Assembly (NCBI RefSeq): GCF_020745735.1
Contig: NW_026867451.1
Span: forward strand, 248,001-312,000
Direction: 5' to 3'
DNA from: Hemiscyllium ocellatum
Lineage: Eukaryota
DNA length: 64,000 nt
The stretch's first letter is position 1, and each line of letters starts with the position of its first letter. The notes under the pieces are model-generated. The model ran no database searches and was not told the origin of the DNA. It saw nothing but the letters and a program-made list of their open reading frames with translations. The position numbers were made by a program, and so were the translations under genes. Positions 26,501 through 39,129 of the stretch are shown piece by piece.

Positions 26501-28916
26501 TATTCTCTTTATTATACACAGAGATTGGTGTTCTCCATAAGGTACACAGGGACTGCTGTTCGCTGTCTGAGCACAGGGACTGCTGCTCTCTATATTATAC
26601 ACAGGGATAGCTGTTCTCTATATTATACACAGTGACTCCTACTCTCTATATTGTGCACAGGGACTGTTGTCCTCTCTATTAACCACAGACACTTATGTTC
26701 TCTATATTATACATAGGGACAGCTGTCCTCTTCATTAAGTCATGTTCTTTGTATTGTGCACAGGCACTGCTGTTCTCTTTATTATACACAAGGACTGCTG
26801 TTCATTATATTATGCTCAGGCACTGATGTTCTCTAAAATTGAGATGGGGACTGCAGTTCTCTATATATTATACACACATACTGCTGTTCTCATTAAACAC
26901 AGGGACTATTGTTCTCAACTTTATACACAGAGACTGCTTTTCTCTATATTATACACAGGGACTGCTCTTCTTGTATTATACACAGGGACTTCTGTTCTTT
27001 GTATTATACAGAGGGACTGCTGTTTTCTGTATTATATAGAGGGACTGCTGTTCTCTACATTATAGATAGAAATTGCTGTTGTCTATATTGCACTCAGGGC
27101 CTGCTGTTCTCTAAAATAGACACAGGGGCCATTGCTGTCTATATTACACACAGGGATAGCTGTTCTTGAAATTATACACAGTGACTCTGTTCTCAATATT
27201 GTGCACAGGAACTGCTGTTCTCTTTATTGTACACAGACACTGGTGTTCTCTATATTGTACACAAGAATGGCTGTTATCTTTATTAAACACAGGGATTCAT
27301 GCTCTTTATATTAGACACAGCATCTGCTCTTCTCTATATTATACACAGTGACAACTTTTCTCTGTATTGTACACAGGGACTGCTGTTCTTTGTGTTACAC
27401 ACGGGCAATTCTGTTCTCTGAAATTGACACAGGAACAGCTGTTCTCTATGTTATACACAGAGACTGCTGTTCTCATGAGTAAATACAGGGACTGCTGTTC
27501 TCAACATTATACACAGAGACTGCGTTTCCTGATATTATACACAGGGTTTGCTGTTCTCTGTATTGCACAGAGGGATAGCTGTTGTCTATATCATACACAG
27601 GGATTGCTGTTCTCTATATTGTACATATGAACTGCTGTTGTCTATATTGCACACAGGGACTGCTGTTCTTTATATAATGCACAGGCACTGCTGTTCTCTA
27701 AAATAGACAGAGGGACTGCTATTCTCTATATTATACATAGAGATTGGTGTTCTCCATAAGGTACACAGGGACTGCTGTTCGCTGTCTTAGCACAGGGACT
27801 GCTGCTCTCTATATTATACACAGGAATAGCTGTTCTCTACATTATACACAGTGACTAATGTTCTTAATATTGTACACAGGAACTGCTGTTCTCTATATTA
27901 TGCACAGACACTGGTGTTCTCTAAAATAGACACAGTGATGCTGTTCTCTATATTACACACAGGGATAATTGTTCTCTATATTATACACAGTGACTCCTAC
28001 TCTCCATATTGTACACAGGGACTGTTGTTCTCTATATTAACCACAGATACCTCTGTTCTCTATATTATACATAGGGACAGCTGTTCTCTTCATTAAACAC
28101 AGGGAGTCATGTTCTTTGTATTGTGCACAGGCACTGCTGTTCTCTACATTTCGCACAGAGAAAGCTGTTCTCTATATTATACACAGCCACTCAATTCTCT
28201 ATATTGTACACAGAGACTGTTGTTCTCTATATTATGCACAGACACTGGTGTTCTCTATATTTTACACAGGGATGACTGATCTCTTCATTAAACACAGGGT
28301 GTCATGTGCTTTATACACAGAGACTGCTTTTCTCTATATTATACACAGGGACTGCTCTTCTTGTATTATACACAGGGACTTCTGTTCTTTGTGTTATACA
28401 GAGGGACTGCTGTTCTCTAGGTTATAGATAGAAATTGCTGTTGTTTATATTGCACTCAGGGACCGGTATTCTTTATATAATGTACAGGCACTGCTGTCCT
28501 CTAAAATATACAAAAGGGAATGCTGTTCTCTATGTTATACACAGGGCCTGCTGTTCTCTAAAATAGACACAGGGACCACTGCTCTCTATATTACACACAG
28601 GGATAGCTGTTCTTGAAATTATACACAGTGACTCTGTTCTCAATATTGTACACAGGAACTGCTGTTCTCTTTATTGTACACAGACACTGGTGTTCTCTAT
28701 ATTGTACACAAGAATGGCTGTTATCTTTATTAAACACAGGCATTCATGCTCTTTATATTAGACACAGCATCTGCTCTTCTCTATATTATACACAGTGACA
28801 GCTTTTCTCTATATTGTACACAGGGACTGCTGTGCTTTCTATTCTCTGAAATTGACACAGGAACAGCTCTTCACTATATTATACATAGAGACTGCTGTTT
28901 TCAAGATTAAATACAG
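14517..28916 (+). repeat. 28-bp minisatellite/satellite array, roughly 500 units
   Basis: Consensus CACAGGGACTGCTGTTCTCTATATTATA; exact 28-bp phase at 16037-16624; variable units elsewhere with internal block duplications; begins at the gap, so it may be longer. Confidence 0.97.
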
Positions 28917-31900
28917 AGGTAGTTGGGTAACAGTTAGAGGTGGGAAGGGGAGGAAGCAGGCAATGCAGGGATCCCCTGTGGTCGTTCCTCTCAACAATAA
29001 GTATACCGCTTTGGATACTGTTGGGGAGGATGGCCTAGCAGGGGTAAGCTGCAGTGACCGGGTCTCTGGCACGGGGTCTGGTTCTGAGGCTCAGAAGGGA
29101 AAGGGGGAGAGGAGGAGAGCGCGAGTTATAGGAGACTCGATAGTTAGAGGGACAGACAGGCGGTTCTGTGGGCATGGGTGAGACTCTCAGATGGTTTGTC
29201 TCCTGGGTGCCAAGGTCCGAGACTTCTCGCACCGTGTCTTCAGAATCCTTAAGGGGGAGGGTGTGCAGCCAGCAGTCATGGTGCACATTGGCACCAACGA
29301 CATAGGTAGGAAGAGGGATGGGGAGGTCATTCAGGAGCTCAGGGAGTCAGGCTGGAAACTAAAAGTTAGGACAGACAGAGTCGTCATCTCTGGGTTGTTG
29401 CCAGTGCCATGTGACAGTGAGGCAAGGAATAGGGTGCAGTTGAACATGTGGCTGCAAGGATGGTGTAAGAGGGAAGGCTTCAGGTATTTGGATAATTGGA
29501 TTGCATTCTGGGGAAGGTGGGACCTGTACAAGCAGGACGGGTTGCACCTGAACCAGAAGGGCACCGATATCCTGGGGGGTAGGTTTGCTTGCACTCTTCA
29601 GAGGGGGTTTAAACTAATTTGGCAGGGGGATGGGATCCGGACTTGTAGTCCAGCAAGTAGGTTAGCTGTTTTTCAGGATGTCCAAGAATGTAGGGAGGCT
29701 GTGGAGAAGGTAGCACTGACAGCGAATACTTGCGGACACAGAGATGGGTTCAAGTGTGTATACTTCACCTAAGGAGTATCAGAAATAAGGTGGGTGAACT
29801 TAAGGCGTGGATCTGTACTTGGGACTACGATGTTGTGGCCATCACAGAAATGTGGATAGAAGAGGGACAGGAATGGTTGTTGGAGGTTCCTGGTTACAGA
29901 TGTTTCAGTTAGATTAGTGAGTGTGGTAAAAAAGGAGGGGGTGTGGCTTTGCTAATTAGAAATAGTATAATGGCTGCAGAAAGGCAGTTCAAGGGGGATC
30001 TGCCTTTGGAGGTAGTATGGACTGAAGTCAGAAACAGGAAAGGAGCAGTCACCTTGTTGGGTGTTTACTATAGGCCCCCCAATAGCAGCAGGCAGATTAG
30101 GAAACAGATTTTGGAAAGGTGCAGATTAGTAGTCATGGGTGATTTCAACTTCCCAAATATTGATTGGAAGTTCTTTAGATCAAGTAGATTGGATGGGCCG
30201 GTGTTTGTGCAGTGTGTCCAGGAAGCTTTTCTAACTCAGTATGTAGATTGTCCAAACAGAGGGGAGGCCATATTGGATTTGGTACTCGGTAACGAACTGG
30301 GACAGTGATGGGCTTGTTAGTGGGTGAGCATTTTGGTGATGGTGACCACAATTCTGTGACTTTCACCTTGGTTATGGAGAGAGATAGGTGCGTGCAACAG
30401 GGTAGGTTTTACAGTTGGGGGAAGGGTAAATACGAAGCTGCAGAGACAGGATCTGAGGAGCATGAGTTGGGAGCACAGGCTGTCAGGGAAGGATGTCATT
30501 GAAATGTGGACCTTTTTCAAGGAACAGATACGACGTGTCCTTGATATGTATGTACCTGTCAGGCAGGAAAGAGATGGTCGTGTGAGGGAACCTTGGTTGA
30601 TGAGGGAGGTTGAATGTCTTGTAAGGAAGAAGGAGACTTACATAAGGTTGAGGAAACAAGGTTCAGATGAGTGTTGGAGGGATACAGGATAGCCAGGAGG
30701 AAGCTGAAGAAAGGTATTAGGAGAGCTAAGAGAGGGCATGAGAAATCTTTGGCGGGTAGGATCAAGGATAACCCCAAGGCCTTTTATGGATATGTGAGAA
30801 ACATGAGAATGACGAGAACGAGGGTAGGTCCAATCAAGGACAGTAGTGGGAGACTGTGTATTGAGTCGGAAGAGATAAGAGAGGTCTTGAATGAGTACTT
30901 TTCTTCAGTATTTACAAATGAGAGGGACCGTGTTGTTGAAGAGGAGAGTATGAAACGGACTGGTGAGCTGGGGGAGATGTTTGTTAGGAAGGAAGATGTG
31001 TTGGTCATTTTGAAAAACTTGAGGATAGACAAGTCCCCCGGGCCTGACAGGATATATCCTAGGATTATGTGGGAAGCAAGAGAGGAAATTGCAGAGCCGT
31101 TGGCAATGATCTTTTTGTCTTTGCTGTCAATGGGGGTGGTACCAGGGGACTGGAGACTGGCGAGTGTTGTGCCCCTGTTCAAAAAAGGGAACAGGGATAA
31201 CCCCGGGAATTACAGGCCAGTTAGTCTTACTTCAGTGATAGGCAAAGTAATGGAAAGGGTACTGAGGGATAGGACTTATGAGTATCTGGAAAGACACTGC
31301 TTGATTAGGGACAGCCAGCACGGATTTGTGAGGGGTAGGTCTTGCCTTACAAGTCTTATTGAATTCTTTGAGGAGGTAACCAAGCATGTGGATGAGGGTA
31401 GAGCAGTGGATGTAGTGTGCATGGATTTTAATAAGGCATTTGATAAGGTTCCCCATGGTAGGCTTATGTGGAAAGTCAGGAGGCATGGGAGAGTGGGAAA
31501 TTTGGCCAGTTGGATAGAGAACTGGCTCACCGGTCGAAGTCAGAGAGTGGTGATAGATTGTAAATATTCAGCCTGGAGCCCAGTTACGAGTGGAGTTCCG
31601 CAGGAATCAGTTCTGGGTCCTCTGCTGTTTGTAATTTTTATTAATTACTTGGAAGAGGGAGTCGAAGAGTGGGTCAGTAAATTTGCAGACGATACGAAGA
31701 TAGGAGGAGTTGTGGATAGTGAGGAGGGCTGTTGTCAGCTGCAAAGGGACTTAGATATGATGCAGAGCTGGGCTGAGGAGTGGCAGATGGAATTCAACCT
31801 TGTCAAGTGTGAGGTTGTCCATTTTGGAAGGACAAATAAGAAGGCTGAATACAGGGTTATCGGTATGGTTCTTATTAAGGTGTAGGAGCAGAGGGATCTT

Positions 31901-32553
31901 GGGATCTATGTTCATAGCTCTTTGAAAGTTGCCACTCAGGTGGATAGAGCTTGTAAGAAGGCCTATGGCGTATTAGCGTTCATTAGCAGAGGGATTGAAT
32001 TCAAGGGTCGTGAGGTGATGTTGCAGCTCTACAGGACCTTGGTAAGGAGTACTGTGTGCAGTTCTGGTCGCCTCACTTTAGGAAAGATGTGGAAGCTTTG
32101 GAGAGAGTGCAGAGGAGATTTACCAGGATGTTGCCTGGAATGGAGAATAGGTCGTACGAGGATAGGTTGAGAGTTCTCGGCCTTTTCTCATTGGAACGGC
32201 GAAGGATGAGGGTGACTTGATAGAGGTTTATAAGATGATCAGGGGAATAGATAAAGTAGACAGCCAGAGACTTTTTCCCCAGGTACAACAGAGTGTTACA
32301 AGTAGGCATAAATTTAAGGTGAAGGGTGGAAGGTATAGGGGGGATGTCAGAGATAGGTTCGTTACCCAGAGAATGGTGGGGGCATGGAATGCACTGCCTG
32401 TGGGAGTGGCAGAGTCAGAATCATTGGTGACCTTTAAGCGACAATTGGATAGGTACACGGATAGGTGCTTAAGCTAGGACAAATGTTCGGCACAACATCG
32501 TGGGCCGAAGGGCCTGTTCTGTGCTGTATTGTTCTATGTTCTTTTCTATGTTC
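28917..32553 (+). mobile_element. CR1/HER1-type LINE, 5'-truncated in ORF1, disrupted
   Basis: ORF1 with SGNH-esterase motifs (VIGDSIVRG, HIGTND) at ~28917-29772; APE endonuclease (YDVVAITE, VMGDFNFP, LDLV) at ~29730-30500; RT ORF 30671-31885 (PGNYRPVSLT, DFNKAFDKVPH, GVPQESVLGP, FADDTK); 3' TGTTCTA repeats; stops and frameshifts between the segments. Confidence 0.95.
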
Positions 32554-32734
32554 TAAGTTTCTAAAAATGCTTTTATTCTTAACATAAATGTTTGCTTAAA
32601 TTGACTTAATGGCACTTGATGACCATTTGCAGCTCCGAAAACAACAACTGCTGAAAGTGCAAGGGAGCTGGCGATTCTGGTTCTCCAGAAACTAAGAAGG
32701 TCATTGAAAAGTAAGCTGTTTACAATGTGTGACT

Positions 32735-32940
32735 GTCTACTAACAGCTAGCAGGTCTGGCTGTGTCTGTGGAGAGAAAGCAGAGTTAATGTTTTTAGTTG
32801 AATGACTCCTGTTCAGAACTTCAGACCTCTCTGAAGAAGCATCACTTGACACAAGGTGAACTCTGCTTTCTGTCCACAGGTTGGACAGAATATATGCAAA
32901 ATATGTTGAGTTTCTCCAGCAACTTCTGTATATCTTTCAG
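32735..32940. mobile_element. Degenerate inverted pair of Penelope-type termini
   Basis: GTGGAGAGAAAGCAGAGTTAA... followed by its inverted counterpart ...GAACTCTGCTTTCTGTCCACAG; decayed CTGA...GAAA cores. Confidence 0.55.
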
Positions 32941-33147
32941 ATTGTCAACTTCCACAGTTTGTTATTTTACATTAAAGAAATTATTGACTGGCACATAATC
33001 TTTGCTCTATTGTTAGTCGTGTAAAAAGGCATTTTAGGTGGAAGCTTGCAGTGAATGCTGCAGACCTGATGCTGGGACTGAAACCTGGAAGTTTTGGCAT
33101 TTGCTAAGGATGGTATATTGCCAGCAATGACCAATGAAGAGATTCTT

Positions 33148-33240
33148 CATTGATGAAGGGCTTTTCCCCGAAACGGCGATTTTCCTGCTCCTCAGATGCT
33201 GCCTGACCTGCTGTGCTTTTCCAGCACCATTCTAATCTAA
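33148..33240 (+). mobile_element. 93-bp solo Penelope-terminus insertion with 15-bp TSD
   Basis: AATGAAGAGATTCTT at 33133-33147 and 33241-33255 flanks TTGATGAAGGGCTTTTCCCCGAAACGGCG...GATGCTGCCTGACCTGCTGTGCTTTTCCAGC. Confidence 0.85.
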
Positions 33241-36200
33241 AATGAAGAGATTCTTGCCAGGGTTACTCATCAGTTGACGGTGCAGCTTAGTTTCAAGAGC
33301 TGCTACTCCAGTGAGAGGGAGGACAGATCAACACATTTCTGAGCCCTACTATTCATACTGATCATTGCTGAGGCTGCAAAGGTGGGCACAATCAGGGAAA
33401 TGAGGGAGGCAGGCCTGAGAGATCATGGAGAGTCAAGATGTCAAAGAGAACTGGTCTATGTCAGCATGGCTTAGCAATGAGAAGGTGCCAGACTCCCTCC
33501 CTGTCATTTTCCAAATTCTACCACCTCCCAATTAAAAGCCAGTGAATAATTGGACAGGCATTACCACAAAGTCTTTCAATAATCATTTCCAGCCCTTCAA
33601 TGTTCAGGCCTTCAGTTGTTGACTTCCAAGCACTGGACTGTGCAATGAGGCTAAACATATTGACAACACATTGACTATCTAAGTCTCTGCTTTCCAATAC
33701 TATTACATCGGCCACCTCCCCTCACCCCCATCTCCTCAAAAAGTACAGACCATGGTGTCCTGCAAACCTCTGTGAAAGTTGAAAAAAAGCCAACATATAT
33801 TGCAGTCATAGCTTTTGAGAGTGGCCTTTTTTAACAGAATGTCATGTGAAAAGGAATTTCTGAAGAGCAGGAATTTCTGTAAGATTTCTGGAGGAACTTC
33901 CTCTTGACAACATCTCCCAGTGCTAGAGCAAACACCACCATTCCAGACTACAGACCCGCCCAATATTTGCATTATTCCTGGTAATAACAGTGATTCCTCT
34001 TTTTTTAAAAAATGCTGTATCAGCTCAATAGAGCCTTTGATCTTCAGGGTTTAATTTCAAATGTTTGCAAGTCATTTATAGATGTAAGTCCTTTGTTTAA
34101 TTTGTGCTTCACAATGACTTGTGGCTGGGGACATTTTGACAGACCAGATTGTCAGGAGGATGGGAATCAAAGTTTGCCAGACATGAGAAACAAGTTTGAT
34201 TTGATCTGATTTTGATGTGGTTTAATTGTGCTTCATTTGGAATACAACAATGTGAAAGGGAATGTTGGAGAACCATTGATTCCTTCAAATGTTTTGTGCG
34301 ATGCGACAAATGCCAGTTCAAACACCAGCAGCTACATTCAAGAGCCTGCGAGACTGCCTCCCAAGGAATTTAATATTAAGTGGCAGAGTTTTCTTAAACA
34401 GTAGTACCATCACCCTAAATGCTGAGATAGGAAATTGCTTGCTTGTCAATATTGGGGTTGTGTTTCTGGCCATTGGAGCTATAGTGAAAATACTGAAGAA
34501 TTGGGTTCCTCTCCTTCACCCCACCTCACCGCTTGGCTTTATTTCGCTTTCCTGCTCATCTTCACTCCCCCACTCCCTATTCCACACTAGCTCCAAAATC
34601 ATTGCCATGGTCTCCAAAGTTTGGTGACATTTGATGAAATATGGCTACATATTTGAAGAAATATGGCGATGGATTGGGACCAGCTCCTGGTCTCCTCACC
34701 TTGATTTATCTCCCATACAGTGTCTCCATGGTATGCTTCGCACTTTTTATAATTTAATTTGGCCAGAGGTCATGTGTATCCACGGAGTCAGGCACTTTCC
34801 CTAGTAATAGTTATTTGTTTGAATCAAGCTTATAAAGTACTTTCATGGTGAATCCAATACAGGCAGCATCACATCCATACTGTTTCACTGATGTCATCAA
34901 CTAATAGAAGCCTAAATACTGAGGTCATTTCACTGCTCTGGGTCAGAGTCCTGTAATTACTCGTGGGCTTATTATGGTCAAATCTTTCAGTAAACTCCGA
35001 ACGGATGAAAGAACAGGAAAGGAAAAGGAATAAAATTCTCTTTTCAACAAAACAGCCAATACTGACTAATATGACATGAACCTTCAATGCATTTGAATAA
35101 TGCGAAATTACTGTATTCGGACTCTGAATCAAACATTGAGTTACAAATTGTGCTTGTAAGGGTTAAATTAGCAATAGTGTAGAAAGACCTTGAGTTTCTT
35201 TTTTCCGGGATAAGGAAGTTAAACTTGAATCCTTGCATTTGTGATGTTTCCCCTCTGTCCCAGTGCAGACAAGTCTTTATTTGACCTCTTTATTTTCCAC
35301 CCACCAGCTCCTGCCCTCACAGCCAAAACTCTCGATGTTGATAAGCAGTGCCAAACATTAACTTCGTGATCATACACATATTTAAAATGATTTAACTGGT
35401 ACTTTATGACCAGTTGCAGCTGTGAAAATGTTGACACCTCACACTGTGAATTGGGTGGAAACCTAAATTTGTCAGAAAGGGAACACATTGGCAAGTAAGT
35501 TTGGTCTAATATCAGATTAAATCTGCTATGGTAAGGATCCAATAATGAGAAAGGGAGGTGCTGGCAGTTGTTGTAAGATTATGTCAGGATTGCCTCACGA
35601 AGGCATCCCACGGCAGCGTGGTGAACACAAACACAGATGAGAACAATCACAGAAAACAACTGCTTGACTGGTTCAGAAACGCTCGGCTTATTTTGAGAGA
35701 CCAATCTTGAATCAGCATAAAACATCCAAAGTTTTTCAATGGTCGTTTGAATTTTGCTTGACTTTCAGTATGAAGGTATTGCATAACCCAGAAATGTCTA
35801 TAAACAAAATAAACAGTTTTCTCTTCATTTCACTCTGTTCTGTCTCTTCCATACCCCAACCCCTGCATTCCCTCATTGTGGAGTACTATAGTCATCCTGT
35901 GGAAGTCTAAAGAACTGCATACCAACACGAACAAGATGGTTCACGATGCATTTTGAAAACAAATAAAGTCCCAGCAACATTTTGTAGATCATAGGACAGC
36001 ATTATCAATACACTCCAGGGGGATGGGTGGTGAATGCAGCAATAACTAGTTACATTAGCAAGATTCCAAGACTGAGATACAAGGTATACTGCTTTGTCAT
36101 TACCCCCTCATTAACTTCACCATTACAAAGTTAAAATCGAGAGCATTGGAATCCTCACTGCTCACCTGGTGATTTGTTTAATTGCAACAACAGTCAAGAA

Positions 36201-36859
36201 GCTCAATATGATCAAAGGGAGAGCAGTTTGGTTGACTGGCAAAAGAACTAACGTACCTAATTTCCACTCCCTTCACCATCACTGAGCTACGATGTTGGGC
36301 TACCTAGCACTTACACTCTACGAAATGAACTGCAGCAACTCATTAGACTTACACTGAAAGGACCTTTCCTGTCTATAATCTCTATTTTTGAACAGAGCAA
36401 CTATCAGCTAAAGGTCTGTTCCACCTGATTCTGACTTTGCATGGATATCTCTGTTCTTTTATTATCACTATGGCAAAATAATGCGATTTATTAAAATTGC
36501 AGTCATTGACTAACTGAAGAAAACTAGTCGACCAAACTTGGAATATTGAATCTCAAGTCTGTGATTTTTTTTTGTTAAATTGATTTGGACTTAATTCTGA
36601 ATAAGTTTACTGATGTTAAATGACTTAATTTGTGCTCTTTGATGAATTGCAGTTCTGGAAACATTGTCAGTGCAAACAGTGAGGAAAATGGGAATGCAGG
36701 TTCTCCTGGATCAAGTGAAGTAATTACAAAGTAAGCTTAGTTGCATGCATGACTAAGTTAGTAATTATATCAGGATATGACAAACCATTAGGAAATAACT
36801 GGTGAGCTGGTAGTTTGTGCAATGTTATACAACGATCAATGGTAACAACTCGGAGGCAA

Positions 36860-37400
36860 TGATTTGATCAGCTCTCAAAGAGGAACTTGCCTATGTTCCC
36901 TCCCAAGTCCTTTTACTATGTGCTACTGCAAAACCTCTCCTTATGAAAATTGTAGGTTCCTTTTGAAGACCTCAGTTGAAGCTGCCTCCACCACTAAACT
37001 ATCAGGCAGAACATTCCAGTTTCCGAACTATGCTGGTTTTAAAGAAAGGATTCCTTGTAACCGTTGTTTTATTTTGCTGATGATTTTAAATCAGTGTCCT
37101 TTTCTTCTCAAGCCTTTTTTAAATAGAATCCATACAGAATGGAGACAGGCCACTTGGCCCAACAAGTTCACACCGACCATCCAAACAGTAACCAATCCAA
37201 ATGCATTCTCCTACCCTTTTACGCTACTCTAGTGAAATCCCTCATGATTTTGAACACGTGTAAAATGTCTTCTTCATCCTCTGTTCTCCATAAAGAGCAG
37301 CCCGAGCTTCTCCAAACTATCCACATAGTTGTCCAGTTGCTCATCTCTGGTACCATTTTTGTGTACCTTTTGTGCACCTTCTCAAATCCCTTCCTGAAGC
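36860..37400 (-). mobile_element. Old CR1-type LINE 3' relic
   Basis: Minus frame ...FEKVHKRYTKMVPEM...VFKIMRDF resembles the CR1 ORF2 C-terminus; interrupted by a HER1/HE1-like tail at ~37125-37230. Confidence 0.55.
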
Positions 37401-39129
37401 TTGCTGTATAAATACTAGACATAAGGGAAAGGCTGGGCTGTTTGGAACCATTTGTCATAATTTCCTTATTTTGCATGCAATGGTCCTATTTATAATGTTC
37501 AGAATCCTAATAATATCTTCAATTTGCACTGCCAACTTCAGAATCTGTGTGCATACACACAATATGTATAAAATGCATTAAATATTAGACTGGGGTCATT
37601 TAAGAAAGCATTGATCATTGTATCAAAAGATTTTAGCTTGTGTATAAAATGAACAAGGAACAAACCAGAATAATTCTGAGTTGGAGGAGGGCTGATTTCA
37701 ATGGGGCAAGAGGGCATTTAAGAAAGGGCATTAAAGCACAAATCTGGGCAATGTTCAGCTACAGCTGTACAGTACAGCTTAACATTTCCATAAGCAGGAA
37801 ATGTTGGCAAAAATAATACTCTAATCCCCTGCATGATGTTGCAAAGGATATGTTTTGTTTTTAACCCCAGTGAGAACCGTGCGAAATATAGACAGTTCAG
37901 AGGGGAAATAAAGAGTAAGGCAGCTAACTTTAAAAGGGAATCCAAAAGTCATCCTTAGTCATAAACCGTGAAAGGGTAGCAAAAGAATGAGTGGGGCCAA
38001 TTATCATAAATGCCCTTTTTAAACTACAGGGGCAGGGGCCTTGCTGAGGTATTATGAAGAGGAAGTTGGTGTCCAGTTCATGGTGAAAAAAATGTAGTTG
38101 AGACTTGGATGAGATGAAGTTTGACAGAATTTTAGAAAGGCTAAAATAAAACAAAATTGCAGATGCTGGAAATCTGAAACAATAACGAAATGCTGGAGAA
38201 TCTCAGCAGGTCTGGCAGCATCTGTGGCAGGAAAGCAGAGTTAATGTTTTGGAGTCCTGTGACCTATTGGGCTTCTCCAGCAATTTCTGCTTCAATTAGA
38301 AAGGCTGATTGTCAGTGAGTGTTGGTAACTGATAACAACTGAATTGGAGACACCTAAGGATACAGAGAAAAATAACATTGAAGCTGCAGTGGTAATATCC
38401 ACAACAATCTAATCCTGTTCAAATAGAGGCATGGAATCAGAGACAGGAGAATCACAACATTTAAAATACTTTTATTCAAAATTATCTAGATAAATCCCAC
38501 AACCAGATTCATCTTAGTGGTGGGAAAGCTTCTAATGAACTGTAACCTCAGCCTCAAGCAACAATACTGGGCGATCAAATGGACTAACTTTATATGCTGA
38601 CTAAAAACTCGAATGTGTAACCTATTTACCTAAATCATCTGCTGAAGGCTTATAATTCTGCATCTTCAGTTTTCTTGGGTATTGAAGCCGGTTTAGAAAC
38701 GTGGAAAATTGGAGCAGGAGGAGGCCATGCAATCCTTCGAGCCTGCTCTGCCATTTATCACCATCATGGCTGATTGGAGTCTGACCTGGTTTCTTTAAAT
38801 GAGCTGATCAAGGCTTGAAATGCAGCATTGTGAGACTGCTGGGTTTTTTTTAATGTCTGACAATAAATTATAGACCCAGACACCATTTTAGTTTGCTTTT
38901 CATTTTGTGGTTATTGAGCAATTGCACTTTAACAGACCGAACATTCAAAAAAAATGATAATCTCAATTCGACAGAAATGAAAGCAGTGACGAAAAAGTAA
39001 GTTTGATTTGTCATGTGGCTAAATTGTATTTTTAATGTGGAATCGAACAACATGAGAGAAATTGCTGGAGATTCAGAATGTCCTGTAAAATAATGTAGAG
39101 ACTTTCTCATGAAGACATGCCCCGAAAAC

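Noticed and set aside
14621-28800. Dozens of Cys/Tyr/Leu/His-rich ORFs (YYTQGLLFS, IIHRDCCSL, TGTAVL)
   Set aside because: These are the three rotating frames of a 28-bp repeat, with frequent stops and no splice structure or domain.
30671-31885. 404-aa ORF as a host or domesticated gene
   Set aside because: It is the RT part of a CR1 ORF2 broken by frameshifts and stops on both sides.
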